IMG/VR virus record: IMGVR_UViG_3300049491_001102
Coordinates: 1-64,000 of that record
Strand: one strand, 5' to 3'
Length of the DNA stretch: 64,000 bases
Source of the DNA: a virus
Position numbers and translations under genes: made by a program. Position 1 is the stretch's first letter. Each line of letters starts with the position of its first letter. The notes under the pieces are model-generated. The model was not told the origin of the DNA, ran no database searches, and worked only from the letters and a program-made list of their open reading frames with translations. Below, piece after piece: positions 1-8,468 of the stretch.

Positions 1-327
1 TTGCCCCGGTGGGGGTTCTCGGCGCGTGGCTTTGGGTCGGCGCGCTCGTGCTGAGACTGTTCTGCGCTAGTCGACCCATTTGGGTGGGTTGGGTGCGCGA
101 ACGGCTAGGATTTGGTTTTGTGCCCACGCACGAGCACGGCTTTTTGGGTGCGATGTGCATGGCGCTTGAACATGTCCGCGGGTCGGCCCACGTCTGGGGT
201 TCATGCTGGGCTTGCCGAGCGATTCGCCGATCGGGAGTTATCGCTTGCCCATTTTCGCGTGGGCGTTAACATCGACCCCGCTTGCGGGGTCGATTCTTGG
301 GGGAATTCGCTTGTGTGCCCAAAACGC

Positions 328-361
328 AAAAAGGACGGGGCTTTTTGGGCCGCCGTCCTTT
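328..361 (-). terminator. Intrinsic terminator ending the leftward early operon
   Basis: AAAGGACGG...CCGTCCTTT inverted repeat followed by a T-run on the minus strand, just past the 383..853 stop codon. Confidence 0.6.
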
Positions 362-382
362 GTTCGAGGTTTTTGGGTTCGC

Positions 383-853
383 CTAGTCGTCGCCGAACGA
401 TCCGCTGCTGCTATCTGAACTTGAATCGGTGAAGCTGTCCGCAACCGTGCTCGCCACGTCGCAAAGCGTTTCGGCCACGCTGGCGATGAACGATTCGCGT
501 GTGGGCGAATCGGCAAGCGCGTCAATATCCGGCAAGATGCTCGCGAGGTTGGCCATGTCGAACCCTGTCAAGGTTTGGCTCTCAGCCGGTGGGCGTGGGC
601 GTTCGGGTTCGCTCACGCTGCGCTCAAGCCTTGGCGAGGTCGACACCGCGGCGAATACGAGCACGGCCACATCGGCGGCGCGCTCATAGGTCGGGTTTCG
701 CCAAAGCAGGGCGAGAGCATCGTCTAGGCGGGATCGCTGCTCGCCGTAGGTGTCTCGTCGCCAATTTGTGCTCTCGGTGTTCTCGGTCAAACGGCTGGCA
801 ATCATGCTAAGCCAAGTTTCCGCGGTCTTGAGTCTTTCGTCTGCGCTATGCAT
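383..853 (-). CDS. Hypothetical protein, MazG/NTP-PPase-like helical motif; paralogue of 2624..3139
   Basis: ORF with WR..GE...L..AL....PT.E.AADVA; preceded by a class-II promoter. Confidence 0.55.
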   Translation of the reverse strand: MHSADERLKTAETWLSMIASRLTENTESTNWRRDTYGEQRSRLDDALALLWRNPTYERAADVAVLVFAAVSTSPRLERSVSEPERPRPPAESQTLTGFDMANLASILPDIDALADSPTRESFIASVAETLCDVASTVADSFTDSSSDSSSGSFGDD

Positions 854-859
854 TGTCGT

Positions 860-885
860 TATAATAGCGTTGCATGACGAAAGTT
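860..885 (-). promoter_or_regulatory. Class-II promoter AACTTT-N11-GCTATTATA
   Basis: Full motif match ending 6 nt upstream of the ATG at 853. Confidence 0.6.
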
Positions 886-909
886 ATCGTTTTTAGCTTC
901 GTTGGCTTT

Positions 910-1155
910 TCAGCGCCCTATAATGTCGCGAAGCCATGCGCGGCGTGCAAAGAACTTGGCACGCGTTGGGAGTTCTCGCCGCTTCTCGCCCCAAGCTAGC
1001 CGCACACACTCGGCTATCGCGTCCGTTTCGCTGAACAGCGCAGGGAGTGGCCGCGCCGTGTGTTCATGCTCGAAAATACTTTCGCGAGTCAAAACGTAGA
1101 TCTCGCCCTCGCTATCGGCACAAACAAGAAATTGTCGCGCTCTTGCCGTTGTCAT
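910..1155 (-). CDS. Hypothetical early protein; tandem paralogue of 1152..1388
   Basis: Shared VCA...GE.YV....F.HE....P.PA.FSE..A.A.CVRL pattern; 4-nt overlap with neighbour. Confidence 0.7.
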   Translation of the reverse strand: MTTARARQFLVCADSEGEIYVLTRESIFEHEHTARPLPALFSETDAIAECVRLAWGEKRRELPTRAKFFARRAWLRDIIGR

Positions 1156-1388
1156 TTCTTACGGCTGATCCGCTTGACGTAGTAAACCGCGGTCTCGTCA
1201 AAGCTTGGCGGTTTGGGATCCGCCAATCCCAAGCGCACACACTGCGCTTGCGCACCCGCTTCGCTGAACCGTGCGGGTGGCAGTGGGTTCGTCTTCTCAT
1301 GCACGAAGTAGTCGCCATCACACCAAACGTAGGTTTCGCCGTAGTACGTTGCACACACGATGTAACGGCGCCTTTTATCCGTTACCAT
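1152..1388 (-). CDS. Hypothetical early protein; tandem paralogue of 910..1155
   Basis: Start moved to ATG 1388 (MVTDKRRRYIVCA); aligns with neighbour. Confidence 0.7.
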   Translation of the reverse strand: MVTDKRRRYIVCATYYGETYVWCDGDYFVHEKTNPLPPARFSEAGAQAQCVRLGLADPKPPSFDETAVYYVKRISRKK

Positions 1389-1389
1389 G

Positions 1390-1611
1390 CTATTTCGCGA
1401 GCATCCAATCGTAAAAAGCCATGATATCGCTTTCGGCGAGCGTGTACTTTGCCCATGCGTCGCCACCTTCCTTGGCAAAGTTGGCGGCCGCTTCTTTCGC
1501 ATAGGTTTGGGCTTGCTCTCTATTCATGAGCGCAAGATCGTACACTTCACCCGCGGCTGTAATCCACTCACAAGCAACGTAAAGGCGCTCGGGAAGATTT
1601 GAAGCACTCAT
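1390..1611 (-). CDS. Hypothetical protein
   Basis: ATG at 1611 overlaps the stop of the upstream ORF (ATGA coupling). Confidence 0.6.
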   Translation of the reverse strand: MSASNLPERLYVACEWITAAGEVYDLALMNREQAQTYAKEAAANFAKEGGDAWAKYTLAESDIMAFYDWMLAK

Positions 1612-1817
1612 AGCGTGCCCTCGTTTCGCCGCGCTACCTCTTCGATGTGATGATCCATCACGGCCGTGTGTGGCATCTCGGTCGTGAAGGGGAAGCAACA
1701 CCCGCCCGTGACACACGCGTGACCCTCGATCGCCGCGGGCTCGGGATAGTAGCTAGGAGCCGGGCAAACGCCCGTATGCACAAAAAGCTTGATCGCTAGA
1801 ATGATCGCGTCTCTCAT
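1608..1817 (-). CDS. Hypothetical protein with hydrophobic N-terminus
   Basis: ATGA-coupled ORF. Confidence 0.55.
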   Translation of the reverse strand: MRDAIILAIKLFVHTGVCPAPSYYPEPAAIEGHACVTGGCCFPFTTEMPHTAVMDHHIEEVARRNEGTL

Positions 1818-2179
1818 GTTTCTACTTTCTTCGTCGCGCTAGTTCGCATTGCAAAGTTAGCTTGCCGCCTAAGCCCTTGCACCATGCCAGTGCGTAGGAT
1901 TGGCAAGGGAACGCCGCTTTCCACTCCAAAATCAACTTCGAAAGCCCAATAAGGCGGGTAATCGTGTGTGATCTCGGGAAATGTAACGCCGCGCAAGTTT
2001 AGGATCTCGTCGATCACTTCGTCGTCGGCGATCGCATCGACAATCTTGAGCGTTTCTTCGTGCGTTAGCTCTAACGCGTCCGCTAAGCACCGAACGACGC
2101 CAGGTTGCCCGCGAAGGTACTCGGCACGCGCTTGGGTATAGCCGTCGTCTGTATCGCTCGTGATTTCTTCGTCTTTCAT
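1814..2179 (-). CDS. Hypothetical acidic protein
   Basis: First ORF after the promoter at 2189-2217. Confidence 0.65.
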   Translation of the reverse strand: MKDEEITSDTDDGYTQARAEYLRGQPGVVRCLADALELTHEETLKIVDAIADDEVIDEILNLRGVTFPEITHDYPPYWAFEVDFGVESGVPLPILRTGMVQGLRRQANFAMRTSATKKVET

Positions 2180-2188
2180 CCCGCTTTC

Positions 2189-2245
2189 TTTGTACAGGAC
2201 AAAAAGAGCGAGTGCAAGACTTAGAAAGCAAAAAGTTCTCTTCTA
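2189..2245 (-). promoter_or_regulatory. Sigma70-type promoter TTGCAC-N17-TACAAA plus upstream 24-bp palindromic box
   Basis: Box TAGAAAGCAAAAAGTTCTCTTCTA at 2222-2245 recurs at 3919, 5139 and 6409. Confidence 0.7.
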
Positions 2246-2267
2246 ACAGTTACGCGTGCGGTTTTGT

Positions 2268-2585
2268 TCACGCGGGAGGCGGGGTGCACGACCCCGGCAA
2301 CCCGTTCGCAGTCCGCTCGGCTGGTGTGAGCTCAAGCCACGCGATCGTCCAAGACTCGGCAATGCTCGCGAGGTTGGCATGCAACACCGCGCGCACGATT
2401 GCGCCCGAAAGGACACCCAACGGGAGCGTGAGCACGATCGGGAGCCAAACAAGCTGATAGGGCTCTTGCCCGGGGATTTCGACCCACACGTCGCCAAGTA
2501 AGCCAACCGTGGTGAATTTGAAAAAACCGCAATTCGGGGTTTGAACGAGGTACTCCACGACCATCAAACCCCGAACACGGCGCAA
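2268..2585 (-). CDS. Hypothetical protein, possible membrane segment
   Basis: ORF fills the gap in the minus-strand array; start uncertain. Confidence 0.4.
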   Translation of the reverse strand: MRRVRGLMVVEYLVQTPNCGFFKFTTVGLLGDVWVEIPGQEPYQLVWLPIVLTLPLGVLSGAIVRAVLHANLASIAESWTIAWLELTPAERTANGLPGSCTPPPA

Positions 2586-2623
2586 ATATTGCGCGAGTTT
2601 TGTCCTATTGCCGAGCGCGGCGC

Positions 2624-3139
2624 CTAGGCTCGCTCTTGGATCAATCCTTGACGATCGATTAGCCCGACGCCTTCGAACTCAAGCGCTCGCGTATCGTCCG
2701 GAGCCGCAACAAGGTATTTGACGAGTTGCTCGCGGGTTAGCTTTGTGAATATTTCGATCCACTCCCCGCGCTTGAGCACCCGCAAACCCTGATAGTACAC
2801 CCAACGAAATCGGTAGGAATTAAGCGTTACAAATGGACTTTGCGCCGTCTCTTGCTCGCACATGCTATCCGTGTGCGCTCGCACGCATTTCCCTTCTTTT
2901 TGCGCACGCAAGAGCTCGGCACGCATAAACGCATAGTTTGCGACGTCGGCGGCCTTTTCAACCGTTGGAAAATCTTCCATGTCCGAAAGCGCCCGCTCAA
3001 GCAATCGAGTGCACTCACCTAACGGCATCCCTCGCCAGCCGGTGCGGCCGTAGTGATCCATTGCGAATTTTATCCGTTTCAACATGGCGTATTGCCATGA
3101 AAAAACAGCGCTTGTTTGTTCTTCCCTTGTCATTGTCAT
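2624..3139 (-). CDS. MazG/NTP-pyrophosphohydrolase-like phage protein
   Basis: GWRG...LLERAL...EKAADVANYAFM motif. Confidence 0.55.
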   Translation of the reverse strand: MTMTREEQTSAVFSWQYAMLKRIKFAMDHYGRTGWRGMPLGECTRLLERALSDMEDFPTVEKAADVANYAFMRAELLRAQKEGKCVRAHTDSMCEQETAQSPFVTLNSYRFRWVYYQGLRVLKRGEWIEIFTKLTREQLVKYLVAAPDDTRALEFEGVGLIDRQGLIQERA

Positions 3140-3162
3140 TTGTTCGTCTCTTACACTCGGGT

Positions 3163-3420
3163 TTATTTCAATGTCCCTTTGAACGGCGCCGGTTTGCGCC
3201 GCTTCTCTTCGTCTTTGCGAAGTCGGCGAACTGATCGGCGGATGTCGCCCGCGGTGATGTTTTTGGTCGTTGGGATAGCGCAGCGATCGGTGCTGTCGAG
3301 GATCGGGATGCTCGCGTAACCCGTGATTTCGCCCTCTTTAGGTGTTGGATAGCCGTTTTCGCTCGTGCAAATGTTGAGACGGCCCAACATGAGGATTGCG
3401 AGTAGGATTGCTTGATCCAT
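3163..3420 (-). CDS. Hypothetical protein with N-terminal hydrophobic segment
   Basis: TAATG coupling to the upstream ORF. Confidence 0.55.
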   Translation of the reverse strand: MDQAILLAILMLGRLNICTSENGYPTPKEGEITGYASIPILDSTDRCAIPTTKNITAGDIRRSVRRLRKDEEKRRKPAPFKGTLK

Positions 3421-3860
3421 TAGTTTGTTCCTTCACTGCTAACGTGGTCTTGCTTGATTGCACATTGTAAAAGGTCCAAAACCGCACCTCTAAACTCCGT
3501 GTTGTAGTTTTGCCCCGCCACATAATGCAACTCATATGGCACACCGCCATAGGCAAAACGGACTTTTTTCGCCTTTATTTGCGCTTGAATCCAAGCCAAT
3601 CCAGCGGATTCAATTTGGTCGGCAAGCCTTTCAATCTCTGGTAACCCGGCTATGGCCGTTTTTAGGTCTTTTTGGTAGTACCTTTCGCCGCTAGGGCCAT
3701 AGTCTCGGCGGTCGATCTCCGGTTCCCGGCGGGCGATCCGAACGAGATCCCAAAGCACGCGACGTTCGGGCGAGTTAGCTCGCGCAACACGGGCAAGTCG
3801 TTGTCGCTCGTGGATCCGTGCCGCTTCTAGTTCCTTAGTTCGAAGTGTTCGTGCTCGCAT
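3420..3860 (-). CDS. Hypothetical early protein (YVAGQNYxTEFR family); paralogue of 4704..5078
   Basis: Start at ATG 3860, downstream of the promoter; clear paralogy. Confidence 0.75.
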   Translation of the reverse strand: MRARTLRTKELEAARIHERQRLARVARANSPERRVLWDLVRIARREPEIDRRDYGPSGERYYQKDLKTAIAGLPEIERLADQIESAGLAWIQAQIKAKKVRFAYGGVPYELHYVAGQNYNTEFRGAVLDLLQCAIKQDHVSSEGTN

Positions 3861-3879
3861 TGCTTCGTCTTTCGTCTGT

Positions 3880-3942
3880 CTAAGTAACTTAGGCGATGTA
3901 AAAACGGATTTCAAGTCTTAGAAAGCAAAAAGTTGCTCTCTA
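3880..3942 (-). promoter_or_regulatory. Sigma70-type promoter TTGAAA-N17-TAAGTT with CTAAGTTACTTAG palindrome and 24-bp box
   Basis: Repeated promoter cassette. Confidence 0.8.
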
Positions 3943-3964
3943 GGAAACAAAGGCGAATAAAGCG

Positions 3965-4285
3965 CTATAGTTTGGCGAAATCGATCTCAAGAGGTTTTTG
4001 CCATTGCGCGCCAATCAAGCGCACGAGTTCACGCCCCGGCACGCGATAGTCGCGTTTATAGTGGAATTGAATCTCAAGAGAAATCGGCCCGTTTTGCGCG
4101 AATAGGCGCAAATATGCGCTTATATCGTCAAACAACGTGTTTTCGTCAATCCCCACGGTATAGAGCGAGCTACCTACCGTTTGCGTGAGCCGCACACCTC
4201 GCACCGCCAGCCAATCCCCAAGCAATAGGCGGCGATACTCCGTTTTATCGGGATCGGCGACAATGTCGGCGATGCTCCGGTTCAT
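3965..4285 (-). CDS. Hypothetical protein
   Basis: ATGA-coupled ORF. Confidence 0.6.
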   Translation of the reverse strand: MNRSIADIVADPDKTEYRRLLLGDWLAVRGVRLTQTVGSSLYTVGIDENTLFDDISAYLRLFAQNGPISLEIQFHYKRDYRVPGRELVRLIGAQWQKPLEIDFAKL

Positions 4286-4716
4286 AGGCGCGCCGCCACC
4301 CCGGTGATGCGAGCCAAGACAAACGCTTTGCGAATCGCCGTGCGCGCGTCAATGCTTGACGAGTCCCAAAGTGCGAGCGGATTGTCTGCGAGGATTAGGC
4401 GCACACAAAACGACCGTGGTACGCCGTCGCAAAACTTAAGCGACTGCAAACAAGCATAGCGCAACGCTTCGTCCTCACTCTCGTGCGGACCTTTCTTTGT
4501 GATTGCTTGCGGCGATATGCCAGGAGCATTGCTCATCGCAATGTAGGCCGTGCAACTGGATTGATACAGCGCTAAGAACGTAGCAACGGCCATCACTACA
4601 TTTTCGCGCATGTCAGCGCTGTAGTCCCACGGATGCGAGAGGTTGGCGAGATTGTCCCACACACTAACGATCTTGCCCTCGCCAGCTTGTACGATTTGAA
4701 TCTCTAGAGCGTGCAT
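4282..4716 (-). CDS. Hypothetical protein
   Basis: ORF in operon, short overlaps with neighbours. Confidence 0.6.
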   Translation of the reverse strand: MHALEIQIVQAGEGKIVSVWDNLANLSHPWDYSADMRENVVMAVATFLALYQSSCTAYIAMSNAPGISPQAITKKGPHESEDEALRYACLQSLKFCDGVPRSFCVRLILADNPLALWDSSSIDARTAIRKAFVLARITGVAARL

Positions 4717-5078
4717 GATGCCTCGCTATCCGCTTGCGCCTGCATTCTTGCGGCGATCTCAAGCACATCGGCGATCCCGTCGCGAAACTCGGTTGCGTAG
4801 TTTTGACCCGCGACGTATTCGACTCGCCCCGGCTCATATGACGCGTAGCGCACGCGATGCTGCGCTTTCGTGAGATATGACTCAAGCCATGCCTCGCCCG
4901 CGGCTTTGATCTTCTTTGACGCGTTGCGACAGCGTGCAAGATCGGATCGGCACGCTTTTATATCCTCATGGTAGTAGGACAGATCAGAGCCGTAGTCTTG
5001 TTTGTCGATCTCGGGGCGCTCGGATGCGAGGGCTAAAAGTTTTGCGCTTGCGGTGAGTTGCTTCTCTTTGCGGGCCAT
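4704..5078 (-). CDS. Hypothetical early protein (YVAGQNYxTEFR family); paralogue of 3420..3860
   Basis: PEID..DYG....YY..D.K and YVAGQNY.TEFR shared. Confidence 0.75.
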   Translation of the reverse strand: MARKEKQLTASAKLLALASERPEIDKQDYGSDLSYYHEDIKACRSDLARCRNASKKIKAAGEAWLESYLTKAQHRVRYASYEPGRVEYVAGQNYATEFRDGIADVLEIAARMQAQADSEASCTL

Positions 5079-5099
5079 TTCTTCGTCTCTCTCGTGTGC

Positions 5100-5162
5100 C
5101 TAAGTAACTTAGAACGTAACAAAGTCGTTTGCAAGACATAGAAACAAAAAAGTTCGCTTCTA
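5100..5162 (-). promoter_or_regulatory. Sigma70-type promoter TTGCAA-N17-TAAGTT with palindrome and 24-bp box
   Basis: Repeated promoter cassette. Confidence 0.8.
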
Positions 5163-5197
5163 AAGATAAGGAGCGAACTTTGCGCTTATTGGCGAAC

Positions 5198-6208
5198 CTA
5201 TGGCAAAAACTCCGCACCATCGCACGGTCGCCAGTCTCGTCGCCCCCAACGCCGCGAGTAGGCGCGAACTTTGCCCGCTCGTCGTCGCAACTGAACATCC
5301 CATCCTGACCAAAGCTTGCTCGGCAACGTGATCGTGTTGGCGTGGCTCATGGCCAACTCAACAAGCGCGTAAGTGGTCATGCTTCGCACCTTACTCAAAC
5401 GCTCGGGACGTTTCTTGTGGGTGCAATCGGGCTGGAAGTACCAGTTTTCGCCCGTGCACTCGCTTGTGTTGTCGCGTAGCTCTAAGAGCTCGTCGACGGC
5501 TTGATCATCGTTGATCCGGTCGACCAACGCCGTAACCGCGTCGCGCTCAAGTCCAAGGTCATAGGCCAGCGACTCCCGCAAATAGTCCGCGCGGGCGTGC
5601 ACATAGCTTGAGTGCTCAAGCTCTGAGTGCAAATCCTCATCAAGCAATCCGTAGCTTTCCAGCCGTTTGAAATGCTCGCATAGTTCACCGGCGTACTCAC
5701 CCCGCACTGCTACCGCACGATATCCGTGCGCGCCCGTGATCTCTTGGTGCCAATAGTTCGCCGGATCTTTCTCGCCGAACTCCTTTAGCATGAATTCGAC
5801 GTTGCTACGCTGAACAGACCCACCGCTGTAATCACCGTATTCGATCGCGCCAAAAGTTACCCAGCGCCCCGCGTCCAGTCCATAGGTTTGCGGGTCAATA
5901 CCACGGCATTGATAATCGGCGGCTTGACCATAGTCGCCGACAATGTGCGCTTGCGCAGCGAAGTTTTGTGCAAACAAGTCGACCACAACATCGCTCACGT
6001 GTTTCACGTGTGTCATGCCGTGATAGGCTGTTACTCGCATCGTTTTACCTTTTTGGTCTACGATGCGATACGACTCCAAAAACTCCGTTACGGTATAAAT
6101 GCCGTCTAGCGTTTGAACCTTGACGGTGCCGTATTGCGTCCACGTGAACTCGTCTTGCATGTGCTCGTCGGTTGCGAGTTCGACGGGCGAAAAGTAGTAG
6201 GTCGGCAT
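5198..6208 (-). CDS. Hypothetical early protein
   Basis: Long ORF; start set at MPTYYFS (6208) after a purine-rich leader. Confidence 0.7.
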   Translation of the reverse strand: MPTYYFSPVELATDEHMQDEFTWTQYGTVKVQTLDGIYTVTEFLESYRIVDQKGKTMRVTAYHGMTHVKHVSDVVVDLFAQNFAAQAHIVGDYGQAADYQCRGIDPQTYGLDAGRWVTFGAIEYGDYSGGSVQRSNVEFMLKEFGEKDPANYWHQEITGAHGYRAVAVRGEYAGELCEHFKRLESYGLLDEDLHSELEHSSYVHARADYLRESLAYDLGLERDAVTALVDRINDDQAVDELLELRDNTSECTGENWYFQPDCTHKKRPERLSKVRSMTTYALVELAMSHANTITLPSKLWSGWDVQLRRRAGKVRAYSRRWGRRDWRPCDGAEFLP

Positions 6209-6236
6209 GATCGGCTTTCTTTCTTTCTTGCGAGGG

Positions 6237-6350
6237 TTAGCGAAGCTCAAGTTTCAGTAGATAGAATTCAACGAGCGCGGCCCGTTTTTGTACTTTAGAG
6301 AGTGCCGCTTGCGCGGCGACGATGTGCTTGAGTCGTTGCTCGGCTGTCAT
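6237..6350 (-). CDS. Small 37-aa protein MTAEQRLKHIVAAQAALSKVQKRAALVEFYLLKLELR (absent from the ORF track)
   Basis: ATG follows the conserved promoter and AGACAAAGCA leader, like the other first-in-operon genes. Confidence 0.6.
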   Translation of the reverse strand: MTAEQRLKHIVAAQAALSKVQKRAALVEFYLLKLELR

Positions 6351-6369
6351 TGCTTTGTCTCTCGTGTGC

Positions 6370-6432
6370 CTAAGTAACTTAGAGCGATCAGAAACCGTTT
6401 GCAAGTCTTAGAAACAAACTTTTTTGTTTCTA
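6370..6432 (-). promoter_or_regulatory. Sigma70-type promoter TTGCAA-N17-TAAGTT; box has perfect 10-bp arms, TAGAAACAAA-CTTT-TTTGTTTCTA
   Basis: Repeated promoter cassette. Confidence 0.8.
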
Positions 6433-6457
6433 CGTTTTAGACCAACCAAAAACGCGC

Positions 6458-7015
6458 CTATATCTCGTCATATGCGCAAGATCCGCACATCCCATGCATG
6501 GCCCGCTGGTAGCTGCAATTGCGAATCGGGCCTTTGCAGACGCGACACCGCGTCGATGTGCTCTCGCGCGGCTCGGCTCGGCCACCGGACTTTCGGGGCG
6601 CAACGTCGCGCGTGCGCTTTTCCTCGCCTACGGCTTCGCATTGCCAACCCCACCCGCGAATACCCAAAACCCGCGTGATCCGTGCCGCCGTGTGTGTGCC
6701 GTCGCGTTTTTCGACTTGCAGCACTTGCCCCTCGCGAGGCTCTTGATCGCTTTGGACGATCACGCCCCAAGCCCCCGAATTCAATTTTCCCCAAGTCGCG
6801 CGGGGTTGCGCCGCGTTTGCCTTGCTGGCGACGAATTTGGGCGCGTTGGCGGGCGCCGGCTTGGCCTTTTGCTTTGGCAAAATCCGATCGACTTCATCTT
6901 GCGCCGCGGTATCGCCCGCGAGCGCACGATTGCAAGTTTGCACGAGTTTGGCGTCGTTATGTGCGATCGCGTCTGAACGTAAATTCATGATTTGTTCTTT
7001 CTTTCCGGTATCCAT
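6458..7015 (-). CDS. Phage protein with WGKLNSGAWGV beta domain and C-terminal Zn-finger
   Basis: CRVC...CGSC motif. Confidence 0.65.
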   Translation of the reverse strand: MDTGKKEQIMNLRSDAIAHNDAKLVQTCNRALAGDTAAQDEVDRILPKQKAKPAPANAPKFVASKANAAQPRATWGKLNSGAWGVIVQSDQEPREGQVLQVEKRDGTHTAARITRVLGIRGWGWQCEAVGEEKRTRDVAPRKSGGRAEPRESTSTRCRVCKGPIRNCSYQRAMHGMCGSCAYDEI

Positions 7016-7024
7016 TACAAAACT

Positions 7025-7528
7025 CTAATCGGACGAACCGACGACTATTGCCTCTAGCAGGTCGCAAAGCAGCGAATTCGTGAGCCCGCTGTCAAGCGAA
7101 TGGCTGTAATCCAAAAGCCGCCGAAACGACTTCAGTGTGTTCACCATTTGCGGCGCGTGGAGATAATCAATCGCCTCGCTGCGCTCAACGGCGCGGATAT
7201 AAGCCCGCACGGCCACGCCCACCGGATCCGTTAACCAGCGCTTAGAGTGGCCTTGCGCCCACGGTTCCTTGTGTTGGCGCCATTGCGCTTCATGGCGCGT
7301 GAGGATAATCGACAGCGACACTTTGCCCGTGATTGCCCGGCCATAGACCACAAGCGGCTCGCTTGAGCGTGGCGGTAGCTTTTCGCCGGGGCGTGGCTCG
7401 CTCGCTTCGATCACGGTAACGAGGTCGCCCGTGGGCGTGGGCTCGACTTGGATTGTCGCCGCAACTTTGGCGGCACGCGGTTTGGGTTGGGTTTTCGTGG
7501 GACGATTGACGCTTTTGCCTACACGCAT
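7025..7528 (-). CDS. Hypothetical protein
   Basis: ORF with AGGAGAG RBS. Confidence 0.65.
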   Translation of the reverse strand: MRVGKSVNRPTKTQPKPRAAKVAATIQVEPTPTGDLVTVIEASEPRPGEKLPPRSSEPLVVYGRAITGKVSLSIILTRHEAQWRQHKEPWAQGHSKRWLTDPVGVAVRAYIRAVERSEAIDYLHAPQMVNTLKSFRRLLDYSHSLDSGLTNSLLCDLLEAIVVGSSD

Positions 7529-7839
7529 GGGTTCTCTCCTTTTGCGATCTCGCTAATAAAAAAGCGGGCCAAGCCGATTGCGTCGGCATGAGTGCGCGCC
7601 GTATGGCCGCCTAAATCGGTTTCGGTGCGCCAGTGAACGAAAAAACACCCGAGCCGATATTTGATATCGACCGTTGCCACCTCATAGCGCCCCAACCGGC
7701 CCACAAAAACGCGGTCCACATAACCGCAAGCGAGCTGGTATTCGCTCAAACGATACCGATCCCGGGGATTGAATGGCCGGTGAACTTTATAGTGGACACC
7801 TACAGCCACATCCCGCCAAAGATAGGGTGCTAATTGCAC
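7519..7839 (-). CDS. Hypothetical protein
   Basis: ORF in operon, GAGGTG RBS. Confidence 0.55.
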   Translation of the reverse strand: MQLAPYLWRDVAVGVHYKVHRPFNPRDRYRLSEYQLACGYVDRVFVGRLGRYEVATVDIKYRLGCFFVHWRTETDLGGHTARTHADAIGLARFFISEIAKGENPCV

Positions 7840-8108
7840 CTGACACCTCGCACCGTGGGCGCGTAGTGTTGTGGCGCGACGTCAAGATAGAGCGCCGAAA
7901 GCCGATCAAGCGCCGTCTGGTACCGACGAAGCGCCCGATAGGCGGCTTCGATCGTGGTGATGCTGGTCTCGTCTGCGATCGCCCGTCCGTAGGTTTCGAT
8001 CGCCAACTCGCGGCTAGCTTTGACCTCGCCCACGAGTCGCGCCGGGGCAAGGTGCAGTGCAATCCGTTGGGCGACGCTTAGGCGCGCCGGTGGGACGGGG
8101 CGGGTCAT
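7830..8108 (-). CDS. Hypothetical protein
   Basis: ATGA-coupled ORF. Confidence 0.55.
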   Translation of the reverse strand: MTRPVPPARLSVAQRIALHLAPARLVGEVKASRELAIETYGRAIADETSITTIEAAYRALRRYQTALDRLSALYLDVAPQHYAPTVRGVRCN

Positions 8109-8269
8109 GTCCACCCCCACGCTGCCGACATGGCGTCAAAAGCCGCGAGGTTGGGACCAGCGATGCGCGCGGGCTTGAGCGTCGGCACGGGGCGGATCTT
8201 GTCGGCGATCCGACCTGCGAAAGGGGCGAGGGCAACGATTGCGGTGGAGATAGCAGCGATTAGAAGCAT
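8105..8269 (-). CDS. Small membrane-anchored protein
   Basis: Hydrophobic N-terminus; first gene after the promoter at 8294-8322. Confidence 0.55.
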   Translation of the reverse strand: MLLIAAISTAIVALAPFAGRIADKIRPVPTLKPARIAGPNLAAFDAMSAAWGWT

Positions 8270-8293
8270 GGCGGTTCGTTTCGGTGTGCTCAT

Positions 8294-8448
8294 AACTTAG
8301 ACAATACTTTTTTAGTTTGCAAGACGTGGAAGCGATTCTTTCCACTTGTAAAGGTTGCAAGCTGCGAAAACTGCGCGCAATGTTCAAAAGTACACACGAA
8401 AAAATTCGCTTCCTATACTTGCAAGCACAAAAAAATAGAGACTAAGTT
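8294..8448. promoter_or_regulatory. Divergent sigma70-type promoters: TTGCAA-N17-TAAGTT (minus, 8294-8322) and TTGCAA-N18-TAAGTT (plus, 8419-8448)
   Basis: Same -35/-10 consensus as the other early promoters; both continue CTAAGTTATGA(G/A)CAC. Confidence 0.75.
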
Positions 8449-8468
8449 ATGAACACACGGAAACGGAA

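Noticed and set aside
1-327. TTTGGGT-like repeats and short ORFs at the window start
   Set aside because: Too degenerate and truncated by the window edge to interpret
2189-6432. Repeated intergenic palindromes as integron attC sites or CRISPR repeats
   Set aside because: They contain correctly spaced -35/-10 elements, lack attC core sites, and no integrase is present
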